In this document: positions 27,691 through 41,259 of the stretch, piece by piece
How the letters are laid out: every line of letters starts with the position of its first letter
Numbering within the stretch: position 1 is the stretch's first letter
Origin: Podarcis pityusensis
Taxonomy: Eukaryota
Length of the DNA stretch: 64,000 bases
Assembly (NCBI GenBank): GCA_964106645.2
Contig: OZ067038.1
Direction: 5' to 3' (one strand)
The notes under the pieces: generated by a model
Seen by the model: only the letters and a program-made list of their open reading frames with translations
Database searches by the model: none
Told to the model about the DNA's origin: nothing
Translations under genes and position numbers: made by a program

Positions 27691-30600
27691 GCCTGGTTAC
27701 AAGCTGAGTAATGAGCAGCACTATTAGAGACTCATATGCAATTTGGAGAGAGACTTTCCTCTCCCAGTTTCCAGGATCCAGGCTTTAATTCATTAATTTA
27801 ATAAACCCGTTCACAGTTGTGGGGGGTGGAAGGAGAAGCAAAACTGAAAAAGCAGTTTCTCCCATTCATAATTCCAAGAAATTTACTGAATATTTTAATA
27901 CAGGACATCTCTCAGAACAGACGGTTCAGGGATTAGCCATTGTGTTACTGTGGTAGGCTTTTTTTTTTTAACCATCTCCCGCCCCCACCATCCTACCCAA
28001 ATTCTGCTTGTTGCTAATCCTTCCTTCTCATCTAAACCTGCTTGGGTTGTTGCCTTGGACAGGAGAGTAAATACATAGGATAGTGTGTGCATTGCTGTGA
28101 TGAATGAACAAATCTTATCTAATGATTAAGAGCTAATAAGAAGGTCGAGTTTTAGCATGTTTCATTCATCTTCGGAGCTGGCATCACTTTCTAAATTCCC
28201 TGTGATCTTTTCTGCTTTATTTGTTCATCATATCTGATGGAGACATAATACAACTGAACTCAGGGCTGCTCAAGCAACATTGCTTGTATTTAAATGTCAG
28301 CAGCTGCACACTTGACTAGTTAATATTCCACCACAATCCTGCACCCAAACCTGTTGTGATGCTGATTTGCAACAATGCATGGGGATATTTGGTTATTTAG
28401 AATGCTTTATACTGTAGTGAAAATTCAGAGCATCCTATACTTTTCACTTGCTTTGAATCTAAGGCTAGATGGAAGTATTTTGCTTTAAAAACCATTATGC
28501 TAGCAGCTCTGGAAAAGACATTCTATTGGACTACTTTATTAATCAAATACTGTACACCTTCTTTGGTATTCCCAGTGTGCCAGATTTGCTGCTTCCATTT
28601 CTGAGGAATGAAAGGCTTTGAACCTGCTCAGCCTGATGAGACAATGAGACAATGGTCCAAAGTCCCTCTGTGACGTAAGCACCACAGACTCCAGATGATT
28701 TCTACTGGCTGCTGCCTGAAGACAGCAACATGGGAGGCAATGAGAGGTGAAAGGTGATGTTGCAAAGCTTTGTCAAAAGAGAGACTTCGTGTTCAATTAT
28801 ATGTCAAACTGGCTTCCAGGTATATAGATCTTGACTATTAATACGCTATTAACTGTAGTCACTCTTTCTTTTCTTTATCTTAAAGGATTCTGCTTGGCTA
28901 CAAGGCATTGTGAGCTTGCTACATTTTGTAGCCTGCAAAGGTCAAGTGTTTGCAACAAAAAGGAGAATACTGTGAAACTTAAAGCAGGTCAGATGTGCTC
29001 AGTGTTAGTTCACAAGTTTCCATAGCTCCAGTAGCCAATTAAAACCTTATTTATTTTTTACTGCTAAAATAGAGGAATGTGAGCGTGGGTTTTTTTTTTT
29101 ACAAGGGGAGAGGGGAGAATTCAACAGCAGTAACAGAATCTCAAACTCTAAATGCTTAATTGGGTACAGATTTGTGTGTTATAGAATTGTATTGCTCTTA
29201 ATCATATAGTCTTATTTTTGTGAGTGCAGACCTGGGACTGTATAGGGAAGAAATAAATCTTGTAAATGAACTATTTCCAATGTTTTTCCTTTAATAAATC
29301 ATAGGAAATGTGTTTGCAATATTGTGGATAGAGAGAACCAAATTCAAAATAAAATAACATAAACAAGGTGAACTGGGGAGAAAAGGGGCTCATGAAATGG
29401 CTCAAAAACAGAAGTCAAGAAAAAGGAAAAACTCATGGGGTGGGTAATTTGTTTTATAAAGGGTTGCATAAGCATTTCTTCATCTGAAAATATCACAGAA
29501 GCATTCAGAATCCAACAAACAAAAAGGAAGTAGAAAGTAAGGAAGGATGAAGGTATTTTGACAGGGAGGCTATGACTAGTGATATGACAGACACTAATAA
29601 GTGTATGCATCTCTCATAAAACAGTTTCCACTCAGTTCAATTTGCAGCTGACACACAAGACAGAAAAATGTTTGGCATTTTTTCCAGTGGCAAGGAATCA
29701 CCATTTCAGCTTTAGGAAAAAGCAGCTAACTTCCCTACCAAAAAAATCTACCTGGGAATACTATCTAGATCCCCCAAATCAAATGGAAAGCAACCAGACA
29801 TTTACTGGGAAACCAACATGCTTAGATCCAAACGAGACATAGGCAAACTTGGGCAAAGAAAGGAAAATTTAGACAGGGTTGAACAATGTTTATTGATTGG
29901 CATATCAAAGCCCATGCACAAGATCCAAAGCCTGAGATATAACAAATGTGAATGTAATGTTTTTCACTCCTATTTTTCTATACTAGCTTTTCTTTTAAAT
30001 ATTGCATTTTCATTTATATATACTAATACTACTACTACTACTAATAATAATAATATGAATCAAAGGGCCCATCTAGGTATGCACATCACCTCTGTGAAGA
30101 AAAGATGAGGGGAGAGTGAGGTAAGTCAAGGAAAATTTATGGAGAGAATGGGTATCTGCCCACATGGCACATCAATCATGGTGGCTGAATAACTCTTTAA
30201 GCTCCACACACAAACACATGGCATTCTGCACAGTATATGTTCATGAAAACAAGCTCCAGTTCCCTGTTGTTTTTTTCAAGGACAAATTAAAATTTAATCT
30301 TTGATCTTTTAATATTTACTTCTAATTAATCAAAAACATAATTCAGTAACATGTAGAGAGTAAAGGTGGTGAATACAAGCGGATATAAATTGAAATTGAA
30401 GACACATGCACACAGTACAAATCTGGGTTTCTACATGTTTTGTGGATCCTTTCCCCTTTTCTATAAACCTTGCAGCCTCCCTCTTGTGCACAAGTGTGCC
30501 TTTTAGCGACACAAGCACTGGCACTCATGCCTGAAAAATAAGAAACAGAGATAATGATGTCATAAAAACTATGAACCCCAATATTGCTCTCAACTCTCTT

Positions 30601-30867
30601 CTTTTCTGCAATACATTCCAAATTAAGCACTGGCAGCTGGCACACATCTTAGTTGTTTATCTCAAGGTAAAAGTACAGAACAGGTGTTGATATTTCAGAA
30701 CTATATTTCGTTTTTCATAGGTTCAATAGCTCCAATGCTGGCGTGTTCAAATGCAGTAGGACTAGACATTTGGACCTTTTAAACCACAAGCACTTTGAAT
30801 TGAACTCAGAAACAAAGTGGTAGTCAATACACCTGACCATTCTCTCTTTGCTAGACCTTATCAGACA

Positions 30868-30995
30868 CTATGGATCAGAATCGTAGAGTTGGAAGGCACC
30901 CCAAGGGCCATCTAGTCCAACCCCCTTGGATGCAGGAATCTCAACAAATGGTTCCCCATCCAATTTGAAGACATACCAGACCCTGCTTAGCTGTG
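30868..30995 (-). mobile_element. SINE with 5S rRNA-like boxes and CR1-type tail
   Basis: Minus strand reads AGCTAAGCAGGGTC (5S box A), TTGGATGGGGAACC (box C-like), then GGGGGTTGGACTAGATGGCCC...CCTTCCAACTCTACGATTCTG. Confidence 0.65.
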
Positions 30996-31028
30996 CAAAT
31001 GTGCTAGCCATTTTATTGCTGTACCACT

Positions 31029-31075
31029 CAGTCTCCCACATGACAGAAGGGGATACTTACCACTATACTAATGAG
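31029..31075 (-). pseudogene. tRNA-Asp(GTC) 5' fragment
   Basis: CTCATTAGTATAGTGGTAAGTATCCCCTTCTGTCATGTGGGAGACTG versus vertebrate tRNA-Asp CTCGTTAGTATAGTGGTGAGTATCCCCGCCTGTCACGCGGGAGACCG. Differences are mostly CpG decay; T arm absent. Confidence 0.82.
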
Positions 31076-32395
31076 TAACTAAGAAATGCTATGTTCTAAA
31101 TGATAGAATATGCAGCAACACGAAGTTGCAGTGACCCAGGGTCCTTGTTTATGGTTGCAATAACTTGATACAAATATCACTCTGACATACAACAGGAACA
31201 ACTGGGTCCCCCCCCCCATCTGCTCTGGTCCCCCCCCCCCATCGGCTCCTCTATTCTGTAATGAAGTAGCTCTCAATTTACTTCAAGGACTCTCAGCCTT
31301 CTAAGTCATTACTCCAATATAATATTATCACATACAAGACATGATCGATTAAACCATCACTGAAATCACAGATGATCACTAGCGTTTGCTAGGTGTTGCA
31401 CCATAAAATATCACTTACAGCATAAAAATAAAATTAACCAAAATTCATCCAATCTAGTTTAATCTTCAGTGTAGATTAGCTTCTATAGAAGGCAAAGTAA
31501 AAAAATTGAGAAAGGCATTCTGGCTACTGCTATGCATCAAAGTAGCAAGATCTACCAGGGTGGTGCATTCTCCTTCCCAGGGACAGTACTGTTGCAACAG
31601 AAAAACCAGCAGAGCCCCAGTCATTGAAAAAAAGGAGAAACTTGCTTTCTGCCACTGTCAGATGCCCTGGACTACAGAAATGAGACTCTCTCCCAACAGC
31701 CTAAAGGACCACTGTTTAGTTTCATTGTTTCTACCCAAGCAAAATCTCCAGCAAGCATCTGCCAGGCCCCAACTGAATATAAAAATGCATTCACGATACT
31801 ACTTTTTCTGCCTTGTCAAGCTGATCTCCCTCGTATCTTTACTTCCTTTCCCTTGTCAGTCTTTCATTCTGCAAGCCTAACACTACAGTCTTTTCCTCAT
31901 TTTCATTTACCGTATGTACCGTACCTATCATAGCACTACATTGTACCAATAGATGTGAATCACTTCAAGAGACCATTTTTGTCCAAAAAATGGCATTAAA
32001 AATTAAACTCTTGAGCCATTGCTCAAATCTACGGTTCAGGTGCATGCTTCACATTCATGCTTATGCAGAGGTTTATTCTATGTCTAAACAATGTATTGCG
32101 TGAAGCATCCTCTACACATTCAGTAGCTTATCGTTTCCCAGATGAATTTATATTAACAGAAATAAATTCAACATATTGTGATATTTCTGAACCTTGATAT
32201 GAGGGAAGCACCATAAAATAAAGTTTTGTCCAAATATCTAGCTATATCCTAAAGCATGGAAGAAGAACCTGCAGCCCTCCAGATTATATCCTGCTACAAC
32301 TCCCCATCATGTCTGATCATTGTTCATGTTGGCTGGGGCTGATGGGAGCTGGACCCCAACAATATCTAAAAGGCCACAGGTTCCCTATCCGTGTA

Positions 32396-32684
32396 CATGG
32401 CTGGGGAACCTTTTTCAGCCCAAGAGCCACATTCCCTTAAGAGTAATCTTTCAGGAGCCATATGCCAGTGCTGGGTGGGACCAGAGGCTAAGAGGGCTTC
32501 ACCTTTGTACAGTCGTTTCTACACACCCGTCTGTCTTCCATCAGTACAAGCAAGAGGTATTGTCAGGATCCAAGGACACATTCCAGCCATGCAAGAACAC
32601 TTCGGGAGAGAGCTGAGGACCAAATACAGAGGTGTGGAGGGCTGCAGCCCCCTGCCGCCACCGGCCAGAGATTCCCTACCTCTA
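32396..32684. mobile_element. Non-autonomous hAT-like DNA transposon remnant
   Basis: GGGGAACCTTTTTCAGCCCAAGAGCCACATTCCC left end; GGCCAGAGATTCCCTACC right end. Confidence 0.5.
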
Positions 32685-34449
32685 TACTAGAACAATCTGC
32701 CTGATATTCCTGTACTCACAGAAGAGTAGGGAAGAAAAAAGGAGGGGGAAGAGACTGACACTGGTATAGATAAACAGAAGGGATATAAGCACCAAAAAAA
32801 ATCTAGTAGCAGTTTGATGTTCGACAAGGAAGTATGAATAAAATGGAGTCATGTGTATGGAATTAGGGAATACAATTTTATTCAAGCAATATTTGTTCTA
32901 TTAAAATAATCCATCAAGAATAAACTGACAAAGTCATTGTTGTCTGGGGAGATTGCTTAACTATATTAAAGGTTTATAAGTGCCACATTTGTAAATTCAT
33001 CTTTCCTGCAGTAGACTACACAATAAAAGATAGCATATACTAACAGATATTAGCAGCTGTAAAGAAATGCAAGAATAGCTTCCAGGAGGAAAACGTTAGT
33101 TAGATTATGTTCATATCTAGCTCCTTCTTGTCTTTTACAATTACAGTTTCTTCTGACTTCCTTCTGGTTTCTGCTGTAGCATTCTTAAGTGAAAATTGTC
33201 AAATTTCCCCAAGGCAAGTGTGCTATATGCAGCACGGTCTGGCTCCAGAGATCTTCAGCCAATGTGGTTCAGTCAACACTATATTCCAGGTGGATTAAGT
33301 ATGTGCCGAAGCATCACATTTATCCATTGTCCAGATTTGCAGCAGCATGGCTTCTGGTCATGCTTCAAAATGATGAGCAGCATAAATATTGCATCCATTG
33401 CTCCGCCTAACGCTATCCAGCTCTACCCTACATGCCATAATTACTATGGAAAAATTGCTATGGAAATAAGCAAGTGGACTATTGCTACACAAACATCCTC
33501 TAGTTCCTCAGCCAACATTTCTACTCTTCTACTGGCTGGCTTCCCCAACCTGGTACGCTCCAGTGTTTGGGACTACAACTTCCACCGGCATGGCCAACAG
33601 CCCAATGCTGCCCATCAGAAAGGAAAGCAGCATTAGGGTATGATGCAAACTGGCTCAAGGAGCGCAATGCCATATTGTAATCCTCTGGAAATCTCATGCC
33701 AAGGGGTGTGTGGCCATTCCACACATGCATGCACAGATCTAACCCTTGTTAGATGCTTGTGACATATGAAATACATAAGCACTGTTTCTGTTCGTGAGGG
33801 CTCTGTTGGGATTCTTGTTCCTGCTCTCAATTTCAAGGGAAGTCTGTTTGTAGCCTCTGCCTTGTGTGCCAGAGCTGCTGTAGATCTTGCCTGCCTGCAT
33901 GCTTGTAGAGTACAGAAAGCTGCTCCTGTCTTGGTCACCACCACCCATTCTCACTGGGTGGACATGTAAGGTGAGTGTTGGCCAACTTGAAATCACCACC
34001 TTGCTCCACCTGTAGAGGAGGAGTTTTCCTCCCTATTATAGTGCTCAGCTATAATAAAACTGCTCCCTGCTCTTCAGAGACCTATCTATGAACAGCAGAG
34101 GAGACAATCTTCCTCCTCATCATGGCACTGGACTGAGTAGTATCCTGTAGCAGCTGCTGAAACTGCTGCAGGCGCTGTGCAAAATTTCCAGCCCCGGGAC
34201 ACAATGAGAAAGGAAACCATGTCCTTGGGTCTAAAACGGATTATGGCAACTTTGCTCTCCACTGTGGCACTGGACTGGAAAATAATAGTTCTTCAAGCAG
34301 CATACGGGTGCCTTGGGAGCTGCAGGTCAGAGAGGAGGAGGAAGAAATTTTGGCTGGCTTTGTAGGAGCAGCGATATCAGGGCTTAATATCACCACCACC
34401 ATTGCCTGCCATTTCAAAATGGACAGAGAGCACACCACAGACACCAGAA

Positions 34450-34895
34450 CTTGTAAATGTCTCCCTCTCACACAACACTAGAACTCAAGGATATTCGATA
34501 AAGCTGAATGTTGGAAGATTTGGAACAGAGAAAAGAAAATACTTCACCATGCTGTGTATTTAAAACTATGAAAATTGCATATTTACAACTATGGAACTTG
34601 CTTGCCCAAGAGACAGCGATTGCCATCAACTTGCATGGCTTCAAAAGAGAACTAAGACAAATTCATGGATAATAAGGCTATTAATGCCTACTAGCCGTGA
34701 TGACCGTGTTCTGCCTCCACTGTCAGAGGCAGTATGCCACCGAATGAATACCAGTTGCTGCAAACTGCAAGTGGGCAGAGTACATGTCCAGCTTACAGGA
34801 TTCCCACAAGCAACTGGTTGGCCACTGTGAAAACAGGATCCTGGACTAGATGGGCAATTAGCCTGATACTGCAGGCTTGTCTTATATTCTTATGT
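34450..34895 (+). mobile_element. CR1 LINE 3' end
   Basis: ACTAGAACTCAAGG...GGCTTCAAAAGAG...GACAAATTCATGGA...GGACTAGATGGG...CTTATATTCTTATG tail. Confidence 0.78.
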
Positions 34896-35730
34896 ACAGC
34901 AAAAAAAAAGAAAACTCATCATGATTTTATTTCTTTTAAGAATATTGAGATATATGGTTGCTCAGTTTCACCAGTATATGCAAACATCTGGATCATCTGA
35001 GACGTTATACAACTTCAAGCTCAGTAATGGTAAAACTGTGGGGAAGTACTTTTGTTTTTACATGTCTTCATTGTTGCTTTGGAGCTACACTGTATCTTTC
35101 GTCCTTCCAGGCTGTGACACTTTGTGATTAACACATTTGATTCTTTGATTTCTGTTTCCTTTTGTTAAGTTTGTACTTTAACAAAACCAATTAAATATTA
35201 TAAGTGAAAAAAGAGAAAACAAGCAGTGGGGCAGTGGCAGGGACCTTGATCACCAGCTTTTCCTGAGCCATCTACTGCAATTTATGTAACCAGCAAATTT
35301 GTAACCACGGTGCCAAGTGGTTTACTGAAAAGACTTGGGAGGCTAGATCAGGGCTGGGGGTCAGCACTTCACCACACCAGCTGCAGGTACACCATCCACT
35401 ACCCTACTTTCTCCTCTAGTATAGCAAATTAATCTAGAGCAGGGCATATTTGTCAGAGCTGTAACAGCTACCTAGTGCTAGTTCTGGGTTTAACCACAAT
35501 ACGACACACTTAGGGAAGAAGACTATATAACACCAATCTCATGTATTAGACATGCCTTAGAGAAAGACTGTTGTGACAAGGTGTGTGCCTTGTCTTGCTA
35601 AAAGGATGTTCTTAAATCCCTTTCCATTAAACAGGATATCTAGAGCATAGGATATAAACTAACAAGCGGGTCAGCTGAAGGAAATCCCAAGAGGGGGAAA
35701 AATGCACAGATTACATTTGCACGTTTGTTT

Positions 35731-35756
35731 ATTCATTCATTCATTCATTCATTCAT
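35731..35756. repeat. (ATTC)n tetranucleotide repeat
   Basis: ATTCATTCATTCATTCATTCATTCAT. Confidence 0.9.
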
Positions 35757-36779
35757 TGCCTGGTAATGCATGCCAGATAATGAATGCTACTGAATTAAAT
35801 AAAATTGCATTCAGCAAATGAATAGTCTACCTGCTGTGATATCCTTGTTCTTCTTGTCATTCCACTGTTTCTTGTAACCATTTTTATTTCATTTGCATTG
35901 CCCGCTATTCCTGTTGTATTTTCCTGTCTAGAAATCCCCCTCAATGTATCTTATCCAATCCAGCACCTTAATACTAGCTGCATATCAGTATGTTCAACCT
36001 ACAAGTAACAAAAAGATTGCTGTATTGACACACACCCAAACACTTATCAAAACCATAGATTGGTTCCTGCAAATACGCACTTTTGAGGGGGAAAGAAATG
36101 GATATTTTCCATTACAAAGGCTTTGAGGGGGAAATGATCACAACGTTATAATGCTGTTACACACTACAAGGAAGCATAGAGAAGTCAACCATCTTTTTTG
36201 TGACTGCTACCATTTCTCTTTAGGATGTGACCTAAAAAGCTTGGAATCCTCAGGAACCAACAGAAAGTCCATGCCTGGTCTTAACTATCCAGCGATTGCT
36301 GTCACTGAATAATTATCTATCAGCCCATGAAACCATGTTAAACTCATTATATGAGCAGGAATTTAATCTGATATGGGATTCAGAAGCACCAAGTACTAAT
36401 TACAAAATGGGGGGAAAGTGCTAATCATTTCTCTTCCTGACAATTAGATGAATTAGACTCCAGTATTACAGACAATTAGGCTGTGATAGGGAACCTATAA
36501 CTAGCCCTTTCCTATCAGTTTGAGAATCCTAATTTATGACGGAATCTTTAAAAACAAATTAAAGAAAAATTAAGTCTGAGCTGAACTTTTAACACCAGTA
36601 TAAATCTTTGTAAACAATACCTTAACAATACCTTCATAATAAAGTGCCTTGAATTATGATAAACTAGCAAGCTGATTAACCTGCTTTACTTCTGATTTTG
36701 AAAACAAAAGCCAATTCTGACCATTCAGTACAAAATGAACAAAATTATACCTGTCCTGTCATATTTATTTATATCTCTT

Positions 36780-37262
36780 GAGAGGTTTGGAGGGCAGCAA
36801 CACGAAAGCATGCTTTTTCTGTGGTGGTTCTCCCTGTGGAATGCTCTTCCTAGATGACGACGCTAGGCGAGCCTATTACATGTCTTTATGTGCCAGGCAA
36901 AACCATTCCTCTTTACCCAGACCTCTGCACTTTAAATAATCTGTGGCCTGTTAAGGCCATGGGGGGAGGACTGCTACTGTGATTATTTTATCCTTATGCT
37001 GTCTATTCTTAGGGTTTTTATTATGTTTTTATTATTGTGATCTGTGAAATATGTTCTTAATGTTGTACACCAACCTGGGATCTTTTGATAAAGGGTAGTA
37101 TATAAATAAAAATAAATAAATGAAAACAATGTATCTCAGTATTTTTTTAATAGAAGGAAAAAGCATCATGTACCTGGCTGTAAGCTGCCCAAAGTGACTA
37201 CAGAAACCCAGCCAGATGGGCAGGGTATAAATAATAAAATTATTATTATTAGTAGTAGTAGT
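36780..37262 (+). mobile_element. Two L2 3'-end remnants with simple-repeat tails
   Basis: TGTGGAATGCTCTTCC...; AACCCAGCCAGATGGGCAGGGTATAAATAATAAAATTATTATTATT tail. Confidence 0.6.
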
Positions 37263-37704
37263 GGTATTTACAATATAAAGTATGGAAGAGAATAGGAAAT
37301 GTATAGCACTCCTATAGGGAGGGCTATTTCTTTTTATTCTTATGAGGATGGTTGATTTAAGGTTGTTATGTCCTTCGAACTGCATGAAGTGGTGAAGAAA
37401 ACATCACAGTTTTTTCTATACTTTATTATTATTACGGTATTTTTTGCACATGTATGAATTCCTAATCTAGCAGCAAGATGTTGACAGAACAAAGATCATA
37501 ACCTAACATAGGGCACAGTATTGATTTCTCAAGAGACCAGTATATGATTGGCAGGCATGATCTATGAATAATTCAAGTATTTCGGTCAGGGGAAAAAATC
37601 CTGCTGTCTAACAGTTTATTTGTAAATACTAACATTTCCTAAAATAGATTACTGGTATCAGTTAGGATTATGCCAATAGTCAATACAAGAAAAATGACTT
37701 GCAT

Positions 37705-38686
37705 GATTAAATGGGCACAAGATGTTGGACATAATATTATGATGGCTGACTGGGAACAGTTATGGACCACTGGTATGAAGTTTACGGCATGCAATGCCTT
37801 AAAAGAGAATTTAATGAAAATGATTTATAGGTGGTACATAACACCAGTCAAGCTTGCAAAAATCTATCATTTGCCCGATAATAAATGTTGGAAATGTAAT
37901 GAAACTCAAGGTACATTCTTTCACCTTTGGTGGACATGCCCAAAGATTAAGGCATTCTGGGAGATGATCTATAATGAAATGAAAAAGGTATATAAATATA
38001 CCTTCCTTAAGAAACCAGAGGCCTTTCTCCTGGGCATGGTCGGCCAATTGGTGCCAAAGAAAGATAGAACTTTCTTTATGTACGCTACAACAGCAGAAAG
38101 AATACTCATTGCAAAGTATTGGAAGACACAAGATCTACCCACCAGGGAAGAATGGCAGATGAAGCTGATGGACTACATGGAACTGGCAGAAATGACTGGC
38201 AGAATTCGAGACCAGGGAGAAGAGTCGGTGGAAGAAGATTGGAAAAAATTTAAAGTATACTTAGAGAAACATTGTAAAATTAATGAGTGTTAGAAGGATG
38301 CGGGAATGAAGTTACATGGTTTTAGTAGAAATGCAACAAAGAATTAAGTAAAAGTTGATTGATAATGGGTTAAATTGAAAAAATTTAAGGTTAGACTGTT
38401 AAGACAAATTATAGAATAAAAATTGAGAAAGATGGGAAGAACTTGCTGAAATAGTGAATTGAACTAGAATACAAAAAAAGGGAGGTATGAGGAGGTCGAT
38501 GAAACAAGTAAAGGAAAGGTAAAGATATGGAATACTGGATGTATGTTTTAGTTTCTTTTTTGTTTTTCTTTTTTGCTGTATTGTTGTATGGCTTTTATAT
38601 GTTTTATCATTGTTCTTTTTCTTTTTTATTGTTATTTTTCCCCCCTGTAATTCTTAAACTTTTAATAAATATCATTTTTTTAAAAA
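37705..38686 (+). mobile_element. 5'-truncated L1-clade LINE (ORF2 C-terminus plus 3' UTR), antisense to TMEM163
   Basis: Open frame to 38293 with CCHC zinc knuckle CWKC...HLWWTC; AATAAA at 38664; 18-bp TSD AAGAAAAATGACTTGCAT at 37687-37704 and 38687-38704. Confidence 0.92.
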
Positions 38687-39405
38687 AAGAAAAATGACTT
38701 GCATATATATACACAAGTTAAGCAAATTTTGAGAATTTGGGCAGTTAGTCTGGGTCAAGACTCTGTCCTGTCACTGGTGGTTTTGTGCAAGTCTCTTCAC
38801 ACAAGATGCTCTTCAGGAAATCAGTGTCAGATTTGGGGGTGGGAGATCAAAAACCATTTAAAATCCCAGCAGCTTGCATTATAAATATCACTATAGTAAG
38901 ATTTCATCATATGAAATGCATTTATCTCCAGGGTAAATTTGTTACAGTGATGATAATGAGTTGTACTACTTTGCCTTGTGATATGTTTCTCCAGAAATTA
39001 TTTACTTTTTCCAGATTCACGTTTTCAGGAGAGATTAGAACTGCCTAATGTGTGATTATATCTGCATCTTCTCCCTAGGCCCAGGCAGTGAGCTAAGGAG
39101 TATATTTTAGTATAGAATTGGACCAGTTTAGGGATTCGCTAGCAAATTTCTTAGTGTCTTTTTCAGGCTGCTGGAATTGCACAATCATAGTGGCTGCAGA
39201 TGAAAAGCCTGCTTGTAGACACCAGTATTCAAAAAGCAATTTGATCCATGTCTAGTGGAAGCCCCCACCAGGGTCCTGAAGAATTAGCATGGGGGTTGCA
39301 GCAAATGTGAACTATCCCACTGAAAAATCCATGTTTGTCTGCTACTTTTTAATATATACTTTAAGCCCACATACAGGGCATCTGAACATTAAGGTCTTTT
39401 TATAA

Positions 39406-39425
39406 AAAGAAAGAAAGAAAGAAAG
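39406..39425. repeat. (AAAG)n short repeat
   Basis: Read directly. Confidence 0.85.
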
Positions 39426-40137
39426 ACCTGTGCCTCATGTGACAGATGAAACGCCAGTTTTGTTTTATAGATTATTCTACATTGTGAAACCATTGCTCTC
39501 CTAATGTGTGTTGGTGTGGATTCCTAAAAATGACACCTATGTAGCAAAGACAGTGACAGAAAAACAACCTGGAATACACAAACAAATGACTGGAGAAATA
39601 AAGGATCTGAAGAAAATGGGTAGGTATCACAGGATACAGAAAATAGGATATCCGTATTCATTTCCCCCCATGAAGAAAGTGTACCAATTATCTTCAGGAA
39701 CTACTACATGCATCATTTTCACTCCCATTTTGTCTGAGACACTTTAGCCAAAAGCAAAGGGCTTGGAGGGAAAGGTTTTGGAATGTAAAAAAAAAGGGGG
39801 GGGGAGACCTTGGTCACATGCTTGCCAATGAATGCCAAATGAGTAACACAATGTCTACTTTATATAATATCATGTTCCAAATAAGATTTGAGTTGTGCAT
39901 TACCCAAAAGCATTTGTATGATGGATTATGTTTCACAGCTAGCTTTTCTAGTGAATGATATTGCATTAACGACACATGATATATTCTTGAGCTATTCAAA
40001 AATTATGAAATTTGATCAGTCTTGTCTTGTCTTGATGTAAAAAAAGCCACAAGGTTAGCTCTTAACAAAAGAAATGGCTACAAGAATCTAATATAGGTTG
40101 GCATGTGCTCTACAGATTATGTAATCCTACAGCCTTA

Positions 40138-40470
40138 GTAAAGGGACCCCTGACCATTAGGTCCAGTCGTGACTGACTCTAGGGTTGCGGTGCTCATCTC
40201 GCTTTATTGGCCGAGGGAGCCAGCATACAGCTTTCCAGGTCATGTGGCCAGCATGACTAAGCCGCTTCTGACGAACCAGAGCAGCGCACGGAAACGCCAT
40301 TTACCTTCCCACCAGAGCGGTACCTATTTAGCTACTTGCACTTTGACGTGCTTTCGAACTGCTAGGTTGGCAGCAGCAGGGACCGAGCAACGGGAGCTCA
40401 CCCCGTCGCAGGGATTCGAACCGCCAACCTTCTGATCGGCAAGTCCTAGGCTCTGTGGTTTAACCCACAG
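40138..40470 (-). mobile_element. Sauria SINE, near full length
   Basis: B box GGTTCGAATCCC on the minus strand, GGTCATGTGGCCAGCATGAC core, CCTTTAC tail; 7-bp TSD AGCCTTA at 40131-40137 and 40471-40477. Confidence 0.92.
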
Positions 40471-40527
40471 AGCCTTACACAGTGGTAAATGAAAGATGTG
40501 TAGGTTGCCATATGCTAAGGGCAAATC

Positions 40528-41113
40528 TGTCCTGGACTGGTTGGACACAGACAAGTAGTGGGAGAAACCAGCTGGGGAACCATCAAGGGAAGAATGCTCA
40601 GAGTCCAGGGAGTGGTAGTGAGACAACGGTGAATGGTTACAGGGAGAAGTCTGGGGAAAGAAGCTGTCAGAAGCATTGAGCATTAAGGCTCAATGAGTTG
40701 GGAGAGTATGTGGCAGAGAAGTCAAGCATCAGAGGCAGAAGCTGAAGCAGACATGTGGGAGAAGGGAGGTCAAGAGGTAGAGTTTCCTGGGTGTCTCCCC
40801 TCCCTGCTGACACAAGCTCCCCTCCCCCCCTGACTCCCCAAACAAGTAGAGGGATGAAATGGGCAAAGCAAAGATAGGCTGCATGCAGCGCTGTCTCCAC
40901 TTGTTCGGAAGAAGCCCTGGAGAGGAGAACACATAGATGGCTGTGGGGAGGCAGACACTTTTAGTTTCAGCAACTGATTTCATAGAGTAGGACCTACAGG
41001 GCATGAGCTGCTGTGCTCACTGAGCATGAAACCCAGCTAAGTCTGTAAAGATTGTGTTTTTCTAACAACTCCAGCTCTGAACTGTGATTTACTGACCAGC
41101 TGACTCTGTGACA
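40528..41113 (+). mobile_element. Probable solo LTR (Gypsy-like)
   Basis: TGT...ACA termini; purine-rich body distinct from flanks; flanking 5-mers AAATC/ATATC (4/5 match, possible TSD). Confidence 0.55.
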
Positions 41114-41123
41114 ATATCTAAGG

Positions 41124-41259
41124 CAGGCATAGGCAAACTCGGCCCTCCAGATGTTTTGGGACTACAACTTCCATCATCCCTAGCTAACAGGACCAGTGGT
41201 CAGGGATGATGGGAACTGTAGTCCCAAAACATCTGGAGGGCCGAGTTTGCCTATGCCTG
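41124..41259. mobile_element. Palindromic hAT MITE (136 bp)
   Basis: Perfect long arms beginning CAGGCATAGGCAAACTCGGCCCTCCAGATGTTTTGGGACTACA; TSD ATCTAAGG at 41116-41123 and 41260-41267. Confidence 0.93.

Noticed and set aside
28630-28665. CTGATGA-GAC...GTC-CAAA hammerhead-like string
   Set aside because: GAAA is absent and I could not find stems I and III.
37670-38293. 207-aa ORF as a host gene
   Set aside because: It is the C-terminus of L1 ORF2 within TSDs, with its start supplied by flanking DNA.
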